Virus record (IMG/VR): IMGVR_UViG_3300021426_000068
Coordinates: 1 to 64,000 of that record
Source: a virus
Lineage: Duplodnaviria > Caudoviricetes
Length of the DNA: 64,000 bases
Strand: one strand, 5' to 3'
In this document: in pieces, positions 16,981-27,702 of the stretch
Position numbering within the stretch: position 1 is the first letter of the stretch
Layout of the letters: each line of letters begins with the position of its first letter
Position numbers and translations under genes: made by a program
The notes under the pieces: model-generated
The model's database searches: none
Told to the model about the DNA's origin: nothing
What the model saw: only the letters and a program-made list of their open reading frames with translations

Positions 16981-18171
16981 CTAATTTGATATATTTTTCA
17001 AATTTGATTCAATACTATCATTAATATATAAGTTATCAAATTTAACGGTTAACGGAAAGTATTTAAATAATTCACTCACATTTTCGTGAATATTTTCTGT
17101 TATTTTTTCACGTTTTCCCTTATAAATATAATTAAATTCATCAATATTATCAAGTAAATCCCAATGAGTTACAACAAGATTAAGCTTTAAATTATATTGA
17201 CACCAAAAATTGTCTATACAATGTCTATTAAATGCTTCGTTTAATAAATCAAGATTTAAAATACCAGTTTTAAAATTTCCCTGAAATTCATTATACACAT
17301 TAGTTTCATGTTTATTTGTTAAATCGAAATTAAAACCTATTTTATTTGGTTCATAACCATTTCCGTGTCTGGTTAAATATGTTCTTGTAACAAAATAAAC
17401 TTCAGCATTATAAAGACTTTTTTCAAGAAATTTATCGTTAATAAAAGCATTTAGACCAACTTTAGATGGTGTAACATGTGGAAAAAAACCTCTTTCCATA
17501 TCAAGTAACAATCCTTGACTACCTTCAAAAATAAGTACATCAAAAAGTGAAAGTAATAAACCACCACCTGTTATACTAAATATACCACTGTACTCAATAT
17601 TATCGTCAACCATTTTACGATAAAGTTCACCTTCAGGAGAATAGTCTGTTGTTTCATTGTTAGAATAGTAATATAGTTCTAATTCTTCTAATGTTGTACT
17701 TTCTAAAAAATTTTCAGCATTAACATGAAAACCTTCTTTTTCTCTTTTAAAAGTTGGGTATATACCCCTTCCACAAGTACCATCTTTAATGATTTTTATA
17801 TCATTTCTACCACAAAAAACTTCATATGGTGTTATAAATGGTGTTTTTGGCATTACGTAAAGTGGTGGTACATTTTCCATTTTAGTTTTTAAAACTTCAT
17901 ATTCATTTTTCGCACTAATTGGGTCAAAATAAGCTGTTTTCCATATTAAAGTTGGTACTCCTAATAGAACACCGCTACCATAACTTGAACAAATATGTTC
18001 TATATTATTATAATTAACAGTATGTGCTGCTTGTGGCCCTCCGCTAAAGCGAATGACAAGGGGTTTTTTCCCCTCGTCAATTGCTTTTTTGCATAAGTAT
18101 TGTACTGTTACACCTTTACCTTCGTCACCAAAAGCTGAACCCAGTACTATTTTTATTTCTGTATTTTCCAT
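16981..18171 (-). CDS. adenylosuccinate synthetase-like protein (divergent PurA family)
   Basis: GSAFGDEGKG, RFSGGPQAAHTV, IFEGSQGLLLD, VTRTYLTRHGNG. Confidence 0.85.
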   Translation of the reverse strand: MENTEIKIVLGSAFGDEGKGVTVQYLCKKAIDEGKKPLVIRFSGGPQAAHTVNYNNIEHICSSYGSGVLLGVPTLIWKTAYFDPISAKNEYEVLKTKMENVPPLYVMPKTPFITPYEVFCGRNDIKIIKDGTCGRGIYPTFKREKEGFHVNAENFLESTTLEELELYYYSNNETTDYSPEGELYRKMVDDNIEYSGIFSITGGGLLLSLFDVLIFEGSQGLLLDMERGFFPHVTPSKVGLNAFINDKFLEKSLYNAEVYFVTRTYLTRHGNGYEPNKIGFNFDLTNKHETNVYNEFQGNFKTGILNLDLLNEAFNRHCIDNFWCQYNLKLNLVVTHWDLLDNIDEFNYIYKGKREKITENIHENVSELFKYFPLTVKFDNLYINDSIESNLKNISN

Positions 18172-20266
18172 TAAAGAATAACTTCAGGATTAATATGTGT
18201 TTCTTTGTTTAAATCAGTACTTTCAACAATAAGCGGTTTAATATCACTTTTCGTTGTTTGTTCTTTATAACATTTAGTAATAATACCAGCAATAAGTTCA
18301 GGAACATCATCACCATTACTTGATTGTGTATTCACAAAATTATCACCAAGTGCTTGCTTCCACTGACTTTGTACTCTATCTCTTACGCCTGAATAATCAG
18401 ACACATTAATATGAAATACATTCCAGCTTTCACGTGCTTCGTTAAGAATATCATATGCTGAAACATCAGATTGGCCACCACCAAAAAGTTCGTTAATATC
18501 ACGTTTAGGTGTACTTTCAAGAAAAGGTTCGTCACCAATTGTAATAAGGACACCTTTTTTACCATGTTTTTTCAGTGAATCAATATCAGTATGTCTTGCT
18601 GCAACATACCATGCAAGTGAATATCCTTCCAATTTTGTTATCATACGACTTTTTATTCGTATTTCTATAGTTTCTTTTTTACTATAGTTCAGCATATCTT
18701 TTCATCCTTTTAACTATTGTTAATGTTGGATGGGGGACACTCGTGGGAACATTATATTTATTCAGTTCCTATGCGTTACACTACTAAGAAGCCTATTCGA
18801 AATCTTCATTAGTTAGCACGAGATTGTCATCACAGATTTCCTCGTTTTTGCCCCCTTGTAATTCATATGATTCCTCATATGAACGGCAAAATTCTAAATA
18901 TTTTTTGTATTTTCTATCTAAATATATTGTGGAATTTTTATAAATATAATTTAAAAAATTAAAAGCTTTTTTACGTGATAAAGTAAATTGAAAAATGTTT
19001 TTATGTTTACTTGGTGTTTTGTTTTCAAAACATTTTGTTTGTTCCTTAATAGATGTTAACATATCAAATGTTCCTAATATTGATATTTCTTTATTTTTTT
19101 CAGTAAAACAAACACAGCCATCACCGTCAAAATAACCTCTTATAAAGTCTTTTACAAATTTTTGTGGTAATATTTCTTCTTTCGGAAAAGTTAAAATAAG
19201 TGATTTATTTGGGACACAGCCTTTTTCTATTAATGATTGATGAAAATTTTTATTGCGAATTTCCCATCTATATAAATCAAATATTTTTTCTTTTGTTTTT
19301 TTTGGATGATATTTTACATTATTTTCAGTTGATTCAACAAATCTATCAAACTTATGTAAATGTCCAACATCTTTTGCTTGAAGACAAATACCTGAAATAT
19401 ATGAGTTTTTTAAAACATATCCATCAGCATAAAAAAAACCTAACCAATAAGCTTTTTCTTCATTGTCTATTTTTTCAAAAACTTTATCATTAAATCTTTT
19501 TCCACTTTTACTTCCACATAAAACATTATATTGTGGTATAAAATCCTTTTGACTACCTCTAATTTTAATCCCATTAGCAAGCAAATAAAGTCTTATATCT
19601 TTTTTACTACTACCAACTATTACTTCAAGTTGATTTAATGAATAGCCACTTTCGCAGTAAAGTTCAATAACTTTATTTTTTTCAAATTTTTCGATTGTTC
19701 TTTGTAACATATTTATTTATTTTTATTAATAAATAGTTTGAAAAACGAAAAATCTCCTTTTTTTACACCACCAATACAAAAAATTAAGAATAATTATATT
19801 AATTGGAATAATATAATTGTCTACCCTCATTTGCTCCGCCACCAGATTCAATATAAATTGATTTAAGCCACTGTTCTTGAAGTAAATCAGATGTTTCAAA
19901 TTGTCCAACCTGAATAGGTGCAGTATCACATTCGTTGTCACCAACTCCCATGAAACATACCTGAGCATGTTCAACACCTTCGTCCATGATTTTCTTCATT
20001 AATTCTGGAAAACCTTTAGTAATGAGTTTTTTTGGTATATTACCCATACTACCTGTAACATCAAGAGCAATAATAATTGGAAAAGCATTAGGATGTTCTT
20101 CACTATCACGTGATTCTCTAATTTTACCTTTGATGTTCATTTTTTCATCAAGACTTCTCTTAGTAAATACTTCTCTATCAAGATAAGAAGTATCAACAGA
20201 TGCATAAGAAGCGTAAGAACAACTTCTTACGCTTGCATCTGCATATGAATAAACACCGCCGCCCAT
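18171..20266 (-). CDS. vWA-domain protein, spliced (exons 20266-19823 and 18629-18171; 300 aa)
   Basis: MIDAS DVTGSMG; joining gives ...ESGGGANEG|EGYSLAWY...ITIGDE. Confidence 0.85.
18630..19822 (-). mobile_element. group I intron with LAGLIDADG homing endonuclease
   Basis: Exon ends GGT(U), intron ends ...AATTG, in-frame rejoining, P7-like GCATA/TATGC (GTAACGCATAGG...AGATATGCTGAACT). Confidence 0.85.
18793..19710 (-). CDS. double-motif LAGLIDADG homing endonuclease
   Basis: KAYWLGFFYADG and FIRGYFDGDG motifs. Confidence 0.92.
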   Translation of the reverse strand: MLQRTIEKFEKNKVIELYCESGYSLNQLEVIVGSSKKDIRLYLLANGIKIRGSQKDFIPQYNVLCGSKSGKRFNDKVFEKIDNEEKAYWLGFFYADGYVLKNSYISGICLQAKDVGHLHKFDRFVESTENNVKYHPKKTKEKIFDLYRWEIRNKNFHQSLIEKGCVPNKSLILTFPKEEILPQKFVKDFIRGYFDGDGCVCFTEKNKEISILGTFDMLTSIKEQTKCFENKTPSKHKNIFQFTLSRKKAFNFLNYIYKNSTIYLDRKYKKYLEFCRSYEESYELQGGKNEEICDDNLVLTNEDFE

Positions 20267-20269
20267 AAA

Positions 20270-20671
20270 TTAGTCAGTATAAATTGATTTCCAAGTAGGA
20301 AGTACTTTATTTACAAGTTCAGTGTCAGTAAACTGTCCGAACAATGTTTCATATCTACCCAACATAATTTCAAGACGAATACTAAGATTACGTGTATCAA
20401 TACCAAGTTGTTCGTCTGCTTCCATAAACTTATTGACATCAAAGTTAGCAGGAACTACAGTTGCATCATAAGTTGTTGTTGGTGCAAGTTCAAGCATAAG
20501 GTTTTCAGTCTTACGCTTATTTTCACGAAGAGCACGGCAAAGGTCTTCAATGTGACGCTTGTAAGCAATTTCAGCATCTTCAGTAACACTTTCAGCACGG
20601 TCACGTTTAAGTTGTTTAAAGTCTCTTGTAAGGTTTGCTAAAAATAAACCCTGTTTCTTTTCTTCTGCCAT
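20270..20671 (-). CDS. hypothetical helical protein, co-transcribed with vWA/PurA-like genes
   Basis: ORF track; promoter TATATTTG at ~20704-20711. Confidence 0.8.
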   Translation of the reverse strand: MAEEKKQGLFLANLTRDFKQLKRDRAESVTEDAEIAYKRHIEDLCRALRENKRKTENLMLELAPTTTYDATVVPANFDVNKFMEADEQLGIDTRNLSIRLEIMLGRYETLFGQFTDTELVNKVLPTWKSIYTD

Positions 20672-20736
20672 AATTTTTTTACATTTAAGTTATTATTTCA
20701 ATACAAATATACAAATATTTTTTTTGTACAACAAAA

Positions 20737-20904
20737 TTATTCTACAACAACAGTTGAATCTGTAACAACATCTATGCTATCTTCTACAGATATGACAGCA
20801 TCAACATCAACAGGTTCAGTTGTATTATTCTTTGTTGAACGATTTCCACATGATGAAACAAGAATCATCATTAAACTAAAAATTAAAATTAAGTACTTTT
20901 TCAT
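20737..20904 (-). CDS. small lipoprotein (55 aa)
   Basis: MKKYLILIFSLMMILVSS-C-GNRS..., signal peptide II/lipobox; below the ORF-track cutoff. Confidence 0.7.
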   Translation of the reverse strand: MKKYLILIFSLMMILVSSCGNRSTKNNTTEPVDVDAVISVEDSIDVVTDSTVVVE

Positions 20905-21066
20905 TTCTTTTTCTTTTATTAAATTATTATTGATTATTTTTTAAATATAGTTTACAACTTTATCATCTGGATTTAAAATCCATCCATCTTTTCTAAAAAT
21001 TTTCCAATTATTTAGTTCCATTTCTATTTAATTTACTATTTATTATTGATAATAAATTTTATAATT

Positions 21067-21213
21067 ATGTGTAATTGTAAGTCTTCATTAAATAGTGGAA
21101 AGCCACAAGTAAAACAGGTTGTAAAAAAAGTAAAAAATATTACAACTTCTAAACCTATGAATAAACCACAAAAAACAATAAGTAGAAAAATAAGTTATAG
21201 AAGGCCTATTTAA
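21067..21213 (+). CDS. small basic Cys-tipped protein (48 aa)
   Basis: MCNCKSSLNSGKPQVKQVVKKVK...; preceded by ACTATTTAT motif. Confidence 0.5.
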   Translation: MCNCKSSLNSGKPQVKQVVKKVKNITTSKPMNKPQKTISRKISYRRPI

Positions 21214-21517
21214 TATTGTATTTAATATTAATTAGGCATTTTTTCATATCATTAATTATATTTTCTATAAAAAAATCATATTTAAGATATGAATCACAAA
21301 ACTCATTTGTAATTTGTTTTCTAATAATTATTGGTTTTTTATCTATTTTAGTTAACCATTTTATGTAGAAAAAATCATTATCTGTGTAAAATATTGATTT
21401 TACATTCAAATCAAAAATGGAAAATTGTTTATAACCACATACACTATTTTTGTTTACAAATAAAATATATTTTTTTTCATTTAAATATTCAATAAGTTTA
21501 GAATTAAATATATCCAT
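21206..21517 (-). CDS. hypothetical protein
   Basis: ORF track; coupled to thyX. Confidence 0.6.
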   Translation of the reverse strand: MDIFNSKLIEYLNEKKYILFVNKNSVCGYKQFSIFDLNVKSIFYTDNDFFYIKWLTKIDKKPIIIRKQITNEFCDSYLKYDFFIENIINDMKKCLINIKYNIK

Positions 21518-22460
21518 TTTGTTTAAATTCTTCTTCTAATTTTATTGCAAGTTTTTGAATATCAGGATGCGGTCTACCAGTTGTACCTTTTGCTCTTAAA
21601 TCGAAGAAGTGTTTCCAATCAGATACAAAAGCAGTCATAGCAAATTCAGTATTGATACCAAGTGGCAACACATAACGAGAATCTTCTGCTTTTAGATTAC
21701 AATCCATTAATTTCATATAACAAAATTCAGCAAAATCGTTTGCAGCAAGCCAATAACAAAGTTTATCAAATATTGGGTCTGATTTTTTCTCTTCTAATTT
21801 TTCTCGTAAATATTGTTTATGAATTAAACCAAGAATACCAAGCCAATTGTCTTTGTCTTCTAAAATCTTATTAATGGAATCTTTATCTGTCCAATGTGGA
21901 ATACTATATTTAATACCATCATCACCAAATTTATCTTTGTTTGAATAATCACAATATCTGGTACTTTCCTGACTGAATGATATACCATTTTCGCCTCGAT
22001 GTCTCATCGCACTTTGGCTTCCTATCCTGTCCATCCAAAAATTAACAGTAACTCTTTTTTCATGGTATTCAGTTGGTTCACATAGATACTTCAAGTCATC
22101 TAACCATCCGTTTTCATATAATACTCTTAAGTTTGTTGTTATATATCCAGTAATATTATTTTTATCATCAGATACATAATTTACTTTTGAAAAATGGTTT
22201 TTAGAATATTTCACAGGTAACACTTTTTCTTGCCAATCTTCAACAGTGTTCCAACTTGATTTTAAGTAAACAGTTCCGTGTTCCAATACTGAACAGTGAC
22301 CACTTTTATATAATGCATCAATAAACTTTTTTGCACGTTCAGGTGTTATTTCTTTTATCGTTTTGTAACAAATATAACCACATTTAGTTGCAATTTCATA
22401 AATTCCATCTATTCCAGAATTTTGTTTAACAATACTACATTTTGGTTCTATGAAAATCAT
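21504..22460 (-). CDS. thyX: FAD-dependent thymidylate synthase
   Basis: GHCSVLEH, RHR-x-SFSQESTRY, ARYVLP-like, W.HFFDLR. Confidence 0.92.
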   Translation of the reverse strand: MIFIEPKCSIVKQNSGIDGIYEIATKCGYICYKTIKEITPERAKKFIDALYKSGHCSVLEHGTVYLKSSWNTVEDWQEKVLPVKYSKNHFSKVNYVSDDKNNITGYITTNLRVLYENGWLDDLKYLCEPTEYHEKRVTVNFWMDRIGSQSAMRHRGENGISFSQESTRYCDYSNKDKFGDDGIKYSIPHWTDKDSINKILEDKDNWLGILGLIHKQYLREKLEEKKSDPIFDKLCYWLAANDFAEFCYMKLMDCNLKAEDSRYVLPLGINTEFAMTAFVSDWKHFFDLRAKGTTGRPHPDIQKLAIKLEEEFKQNGYI

Positions 22461-22480
22461 TTCATTATATTTTTATTTTA

Positions 22481-23149
22481 TTATTTCGTAATAATATTAT
22501 CAATTAAACCATACTGAATTGCTTCTTCAGCAGTAAACCATTTGTCACGGTCAGCATCACGTTCTATTTCTTCAAAAGATTTACCAGTGTTTTCTGACAA
22601 AATTTTATATAAATCGTTTTGTATCTTTTTAGTTTCGTCAGCCATAATTTGAATATCAGCACATTGTGCTCTATCAATTCCGTTACTTACCTGATGTATC
22701 ATAATCTTTCCATGAGGTAATGAATAACGTTTACCTTTTGCACCAGAAGAAATCAAAATAGAACCCATTGATGCTGCTAATCCTGTACAATAAGTAGATA
22801 CTGTTGGGTCAATAAAGTTCATTATGTCATAAATGCTTAATCCATCAATGACACTTCCTCCAGGAGAATTAATAAACATTTTAATTTCATCATTTTTATC
22901 AGAAATCGAATTAAGATATAGAAGTTGTGCATTAATTACATTAGCAACATCAGCATTAATTGCTGTTCCTAAATATATAATTTTATCATACATTAATCTA
23001 CTAAACACATCAATACCAACAACATTCAATTGTCTTTCTTCAAGAATAGTAGGATTAACATATCCATTTTTAATAAGATACTTTGAATATCCATCAAGTT
23101 TATTTGTACCTATACCGTTAGATACTGCAAATTTTTCAAAATCATTCAT
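22481..23149 (-). CDS. clpP: ATP-dependent Clp protease proteolytic subunit
   Basis: DVFSRL, FINSPGGSV, GLAASMGS, IMIHQ, DRDKWFTAEEA. Confidence 0.95.
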   Translation of the reverse strand: MNDFEKFAVSNGIGTNKLDGYSKYLIKNGYVNPTILEERQLNVVGIDVFSRLMYDKIIYLGTAINADVANVINAQLLYLNSISDKNDEIKMFINSPGGSVIDGLSIYDIMNFIDPTVSTYCTGLAASMGSILISSGAKGKRYSLPHGKIMIHQVSNGIDRAQCADIQIMADETKKIQNDLYKILSENTGKSFEEIERDADRDKWFTAEEAIQYGLIDNIITK

Positions 23150-23197
23150 ATTATTAAAGTTTTTACAAATATACAATTAAAAATTATTAAAACAAAG

Positions 23198-24046
23198 TTA
23201 CAAATTAATTAATTCTTCTCTATCTTCTTTTATATCTTCAATAGAATTAATTTCAAAGTTATAATAACCACCTTCTGGATTTGGAACTTCTATATAATCA
23301 TATGTTATATCTTCTGGGTCGGAAACATCCCATAGTACATATCCATGTCCAGTAATACTTTCACCAAAATCTTTCTGTGAAATACTTGAACAGTATACTA
23401 TCTTTACACCATTCTTTTTAATTTCTTGTTTCTTATGAATATGTCCAGCAATAACAAAATCACATTCACTAAAAACATTAGGGTCTATACCTGTTTCAGT
23501 TACATAATTAGTAACAGTAATAGCACCATTAATATCAGCATGAATTAAACCTACATATGTTAAAGGTGTTTTTGTTTTGAAATTTGCTTTATAATATTCA
23601 ATATCTGGTTTGTTAAATGCATCATAAGAAGAATAAAGACACCAAACAATGTTATCATCTTTATAACAGCCAGATTTAAAATCAGTTTCTTTATCAAGAT
23701 AAATAACATTTGATAACTTACCTATTTCAAATAATGGTGTTAATGAATCAACTCTATCAGTATTATTCATTAACATATCATGATTACCAATAATAACAAT
23801 TGTTTTTGCTACTTTTCCAAGTTCTGAAAGAAACCAATTAACACACAGTATACTCTCATTGGTTATACTTAATTTATTATGAAAAATATCGCCACAAACA
23901 ACAATTCTTACGTTGTTTTTATCACCTTCTTTTTCAACAATTTCTTTACATGAATCAATAAAACGTTGAAGTATTATTTTAAGTTCTTCAATACCTTTGA
24001 GTGAAGGTACATGTATATCACTACAAGCTATTATCTTAGTTACCAT
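23198..24046 (-). CDS. SbcD/Mre11 (gp47-like) metallophosphoesterase nuclease
   Basis: SDIH, GDIFH, GNHD, GHIH motifs. Confidence 0.85.
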   Translation of the reverse strand: MVTKIIACSDIHVPSLKGIEELKIILQRFIDSCKEIVEKEGDKNNVRIVVCGDIFHNKLSITNESILCVNWFLSELGKVAKTIVIIGNHDMLMNNTDRVDSLTPLFEIGKLSNVIYLDKETDFKSGCYKDDNIVWCLYSSYDAFNKPDIEYYKANFKTKTPLTYVGLIHADINGAITVTNYVTETGIDPNVFSECDFVIAGHIHKKQEIKKNGVKIVYCSSISQKDFGESITGHGYVLWDVSDPEDITYDYIEVPNPEGGYYNFEINSIEDIKEDREELINL

Positions 24047-24639
24047 AATACATCGTTACTAATATTCATTATTTTTAAAAGTTCTTCTAACTCTTCTTTA
24101 CTGTATAACCAATTTTTAATAACAGAATTTTGATATTTCCAAATACAATAAAAAAGTATTAAACATGAAGTATTATTAAAAATTTCATATATATTTTTAT
24201 CCTTGTTTTCTAAATAATGAATTACTTCATCATTATATTCACAAAATTCTTCCAAATTGATTGATAAGTCCAATATCTTTCCTGCTGATACGAAATCATT
24301 TTCAGTGTCATTTTTTAACATTTTAATATTTTGTCTAACTAAAATATCATAATCTTCTAATTTAGTGTTAGGAAAATATTTTTTGTTTAATTTTTCTAGA
24401 ACTTCATATGTATAATTTGTTACCATTATCATAAACAATTCTTTATTAGAAATTGGTTCAATCTTAACAGTATCATCAATTTCCACCTGATAACGATTAT
24501 ATAGTTCACCTTTTTCATATTTTCCGTCTAAAGATGTTTCTGTAATACGTACATAATCACTATTACCATCAGGGTTTAAGCCAAAAAGCATATATTTTGC
24601 TTTAAGTATTGTTGTTACATCTAATAAACTCATAATCAA
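24040..24639 (-). CDS. hypothetical protein
   Basis: ORF track; coupled. Confidence 0.7.
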   Translation of the reverse strand: MIMSLLDVTTILKAKYMLFGLNPDGNSDYVRITETSLDGKYEKGELYNRYQVEIDDTVKIEPISNKELFMIMVTNYTYEVLEKLNKKYFPNTKLEDYDILVRQNIKMLKNDTENDFVSAGKILDLSINLEEFCEYNDEVIHYLENKDKNIYEIFNNTSCLILFYCIWKYQNSVIKNWLYSKEELEELLKIMNISNDVLW

Positions 24640-24812
24640 TTTTCTAATTTAATAAATTTTTTATAAAAATCGTTTTTTTCTCTAACATATGTTCCATTGT
24701 TATCTTCGTAGAGAACAGCATCAATCCAAGTACCGTTTTCTGGTACTTTCATTCGTACTTCTTTAATAACAGTGTAAGTATGTTGATTTTTTGGATAAAA
24801 ATATTTATTCAT
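24636..24812 (-). CDS. small hypothetical protein (DUF1653-like)
   Basis: Y.V....M......W..AVLYE....YVRE..DF.KKF. Confidence 0.6.
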   Translation of the reverse strand: MNKYFYPKNQHTYTVIKEVRMKVPENGTWIDAVLYEDNNGTYVREKNDFYKKFIKLEN

Positions 24813-24825
24813 TTTTAATCTATTT

Positions 24826-26016
24826 TTAAAATTCCAAATCAATAATATCATCTTGATAATATTCTATAATATTATCATATTTATCACATTTCTCCCATGA
24901 ATAATTCTCATCTGAAAAATGTCCATATGTTGCAGTTTTTTGATATTTTGGTTGTTTAAGTTCAAGTGTTTTAATTATATTGTAAGGTGTAGGATTAAAA
25001 ATGTCATTAATAAGTTTTATTATAAAATTTTTATCAACATTGATTTTACCTTCAACATTAATACTAATTGGTTTAGATATACCTATTCCATATGACAACT
25101 GTATTGTTATATTGTCAGCAAGACCAGCATTAACAATGTTTTTAGCAATATATCTTGCATAATATGCAGCACTTCTATCTACCTTTGAAGCATCTTTACC
25201 AGAAAATGCGCCACCACCATGAGGTGCTTTACCGCCATATGTATCAACAATAATTTTTCTACCAGTTAGTCCTGTATCACCTTCTGGACCGCCAATAACA
25301 AATCTACCTGTTGGATTGATTAATTGTTTATAATCACCGTAATAAAAATATTGATAAAGATATGGTTTTTCTTTACATACTTCAGGTAAAATTATATCAT
25401 TTACATATTGTTTTAATGTTTCTGTTGTAACATTTTCATCATGTTGCATAGAAATTAACATAGTATCAATTTTGATTGGCTTATAATTACCATATTTTTC
25501 TTCATATTCAATGGTATATTGACATTTTGCATCTGGTTCGCAACCAGGTAATTTACCTTCTTTTCTAAGTCTATCATATACTTTCATTGTAGTATTGGAA
25601 AGAACAACAGATAATGGTAAATAATCAGGTGTTTCATTTGTTGCATAACCAAACATAATACCCTGGTCACCTGCACCTTGGTATTCTACATTTTCTTTAT
25701 CAACACCATGTCTAATATCTGAACTTTGTTCATGTAATGTGTTAACAAAAACTGCTGTTTCTGGATTGAACCCATTAGTTCCATTATATCCTATTTCTTC
25801 AATAATACGTTTAGCTGTACCTATAATATCAACCGTTGCTTTTGAATGTGCTTCTCCACCAATAACGAGTAAATTATTAGTAATAAAACATTCGCAAGCC
25901 ACTTTTGATTCTTTATCTTGTTTGAGAAATTCGTCAAGAATTGCATCCGAAATTTGGTCACATATTTTATCAGGATGACCACATGAAACTGATTCAGAAG
26001 TATAATAATTAATCAT
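24826..26016 (-). CDS. metK: S-adenosylmethionine synthetase
   Basis: SESVSCGHPDK, GAGDQG, GGGAFSGKD, KVDRSAAY. Confidence 0.97.
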   Translation of the reverse strand: MINYYTSESVSCGHPDKICDQISDAILDEFLKQDKESKVACECFITNNLLVIGGEAHSKATVDIIGTAKRIIEEIGYNGTNGFNPETAVFVNTLHEQSSDIRHGVDKENVEYQGAGDQGIMFGYATNETPDYLPLSVVLSNTTMKVYDRLRKEGKLPGCEPDAKCQYTIEYEEKYGNYKPIKIDTMLISMQHDENVTTETLKQYVNDIILPEVCKEKPYLYQYFYYGDYKQLINPTGRFVIGGPEGDTGLTGRKIIVDTYGGKAPHGGGAFSGKDASKVDRSAAYYARYIAKNIVNAGLADNITIQLSYGIGISKPISINVEGKINVDKNFIIKLINDIFNPTPYNIIKTLELKQPKYQKTATYGHFSDENYSWEKCDKYDNIIEYYQDDIIDLEF

Positions 26017-26078
26017 ATTGTTTTAATTTTATACAAAAATACAAAAAATATTGAATTATAACAACTATTTATAAAGAA

Positions 26079-26774
26079 ATGTTTTATTATATGAGCAAAA
26101 CAATTAAACTTACTGAAAATGATATTAAAAATATTGTTTTAGAATCTGTTGATAAATTGTTAAAAGAATATATTGAAATTGCTAAAAACATACCTAGTAA
26201 TATTCAAAAGCAATATTTAGCAAAAATAAGAAAGGAACGTTCTGACCTTGACCCAACTGGTTTTAGTTATATTGGAAATAAATTAATTCATAATGGAAGA
26301 AAAGCACAAAAAAAGCAAATAATTTCTAAGCCAAAAGATATGTCAGTTGAAGAATATTATCAAAAACTTGTTTTACCAAATAATGTTAAGATGGCTGAAC
26401 AAGAAAATGAATATTCAGACGAAGATTGGAGACCAGTACAAAATATTGGTAGATATTTTAATGGTGATGTTGATTATGGTTCTTATTATGAGGTATCAAA
26501 TTACGGAAGATTAAAAACCATTAATTTTAATAATGCATTAAGAAGTAATATTCAAAATGGATATGATGCACCAACAAGAAATGCTATGCAATTTCATTTA
26601 AATGGTAATGGTAATGATGGTTCTTCAATGAAAACATGTCCAGATGTTAAATATATTGTTGCAGATGCTTGGCTTGAACCACATAATCCTAAAGAATTTA
26701 AAGTAATTCATATAGATGGTGATTATCATAATAATAAAGTTGATAATCTTAAGTGGATACCAAGAAAAAGATAA
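26079..26774 (+). CDS. NUMOD4/HNH endonuclease-like protein
   Basis: EDWRPV...YEVSNYGRLK...HIDGDYHNNKVDNLKW. Confidence 0.8.
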   Translation: MFYYMSKTIKLTENDIKNIVLESVDKLLKEYIEIAKNIPSNIQKQYLAKIRKERSDLDPTGFSYIGNKLIHNGRKAQKKQIISKPKDMSVEEYYQKLVLPNNVKMAEQENEYSDEDWRPVQNIGRYFNGDVDYGSYYEVSNYGRLKTINFNNALRSNIQNGYDAPTRNAMQFHLNGNGNDGSSMKTCPDVKYIVADAWLEPHNPKEFKVIHIDGDYHNNKVDNLKWIPRKR

Positions 26775-26794
26775 AGGTGAGTTTTTTACTCACC

Positions 26795-27655
26795 TTATTT
26801 TTTATAGTTTGTTACTAAAACTTCGTCAGTACTATTTTTATCTCTATCAATTGCATGATATGAACAATTGGAGTATGTTTTATCTAAGTGATAAACATTG
26901 TATTTTTCACACCATTCTTTAAGTATTTCATTTTCTTTTCCTTTATTATATAAAACATTAGAAACAGCAAATTTAATCTTTTTTTCGTTTAATTTATCTA
27001 ATAATTCATATAATTGTTTTTCTAATGTTTCATTCCATCCATCTTGCTCATTATATGTAGCACAAGTTATTAAATATGGAGGGTCACAGTAAACGAAATC
27101 ATTTTCATTTAATTTTTCAGGTTTTAAAGAAAGGAAACTAGTATTTGTAAATACTATATTGTTTTCTTTAATAATATTATGAAAATTTATTAGATTCTTT
27201 TTGAGTGTTTCATTAAAGTAACTTCTATTTTTACCGAAAGGCATATTAAAGTTACCGTCTTTGTTAAAACGAACTTGATGGTTAAAACTATAACATATTA
27301 ATATAAACAAATCAATTGGATAATGTGTTTTGTTATAATAGTCTCTAAATTTATTATATCCTTCAGCATTATCAATTGTTAATGAATATATGGAAATCTT
27401 ATCTTCAATATATGAAATAAGTGCTTCCGTTTCATATTTTTTCATTTCTTGATATATTTCAATAACTTTTGTGTTTATATCATTTGCAATTATTTTATTT
27501 GCTTTAGTATTTATTGTTATATCTAGTCCACCACAAAACAAATCAATAAATCTACCATTTATATTATCAGGAAATAATGGTAGTATTTGTTTCAATAATT
27601 TATATTTACCACCAGTATAATTCATTGGTGATTTAACAAGATTTTCTATATTCAT
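26795..27655 (-). CDS. dam: Dam-family DNA adenine methyltransferase
   Basis: YTGGKYKLL, DLFCGG, FNMPFG, DFVYCDPPY. Confidence 0.9.
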   Translation of the reverse strand: MNIENLVKSPMNYTGGKYKLLKQILPLFPDNINGRFIDLFCGGLDITINTKANKIIANDINTKVIEIYQEMKKYETEALISYIEDKISIYSLTIDNAEGYNKFRDYYNKTHYPIDLFILICYSFNHQVRFNKDGNFNMPFGKNRSYFNETLKKNLINFHNIIKENNIVFTNTSFLSLKPEKLNENDFVYCDPPYLITCATYNEQDGWNETLEKQLYELLDKLNEKKIKFAVSNVLYNKGKENEILKEWCEKYNVYHLDKTYSNCSYHAIDRDKNSTDEVLVTNYKK

Positions 27656-27702
27656 AAACTAATTTTTGTACAAAAATACAAAAAAAAACTCAGTAAAACA
27701 AA

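Noticed and set aside
16981-18171. PurZ (Z-genome) assignment
   Set aside because: The catalytic Asp is retained (GDEGKG), whereas PurZ has Ser at this position
18630-18695. N-terminus of ORF 18171..18695 and ORF 19726..19977 as independent genes
   Set aside because: Explained by the group I intron and exon structure of the vWA gene
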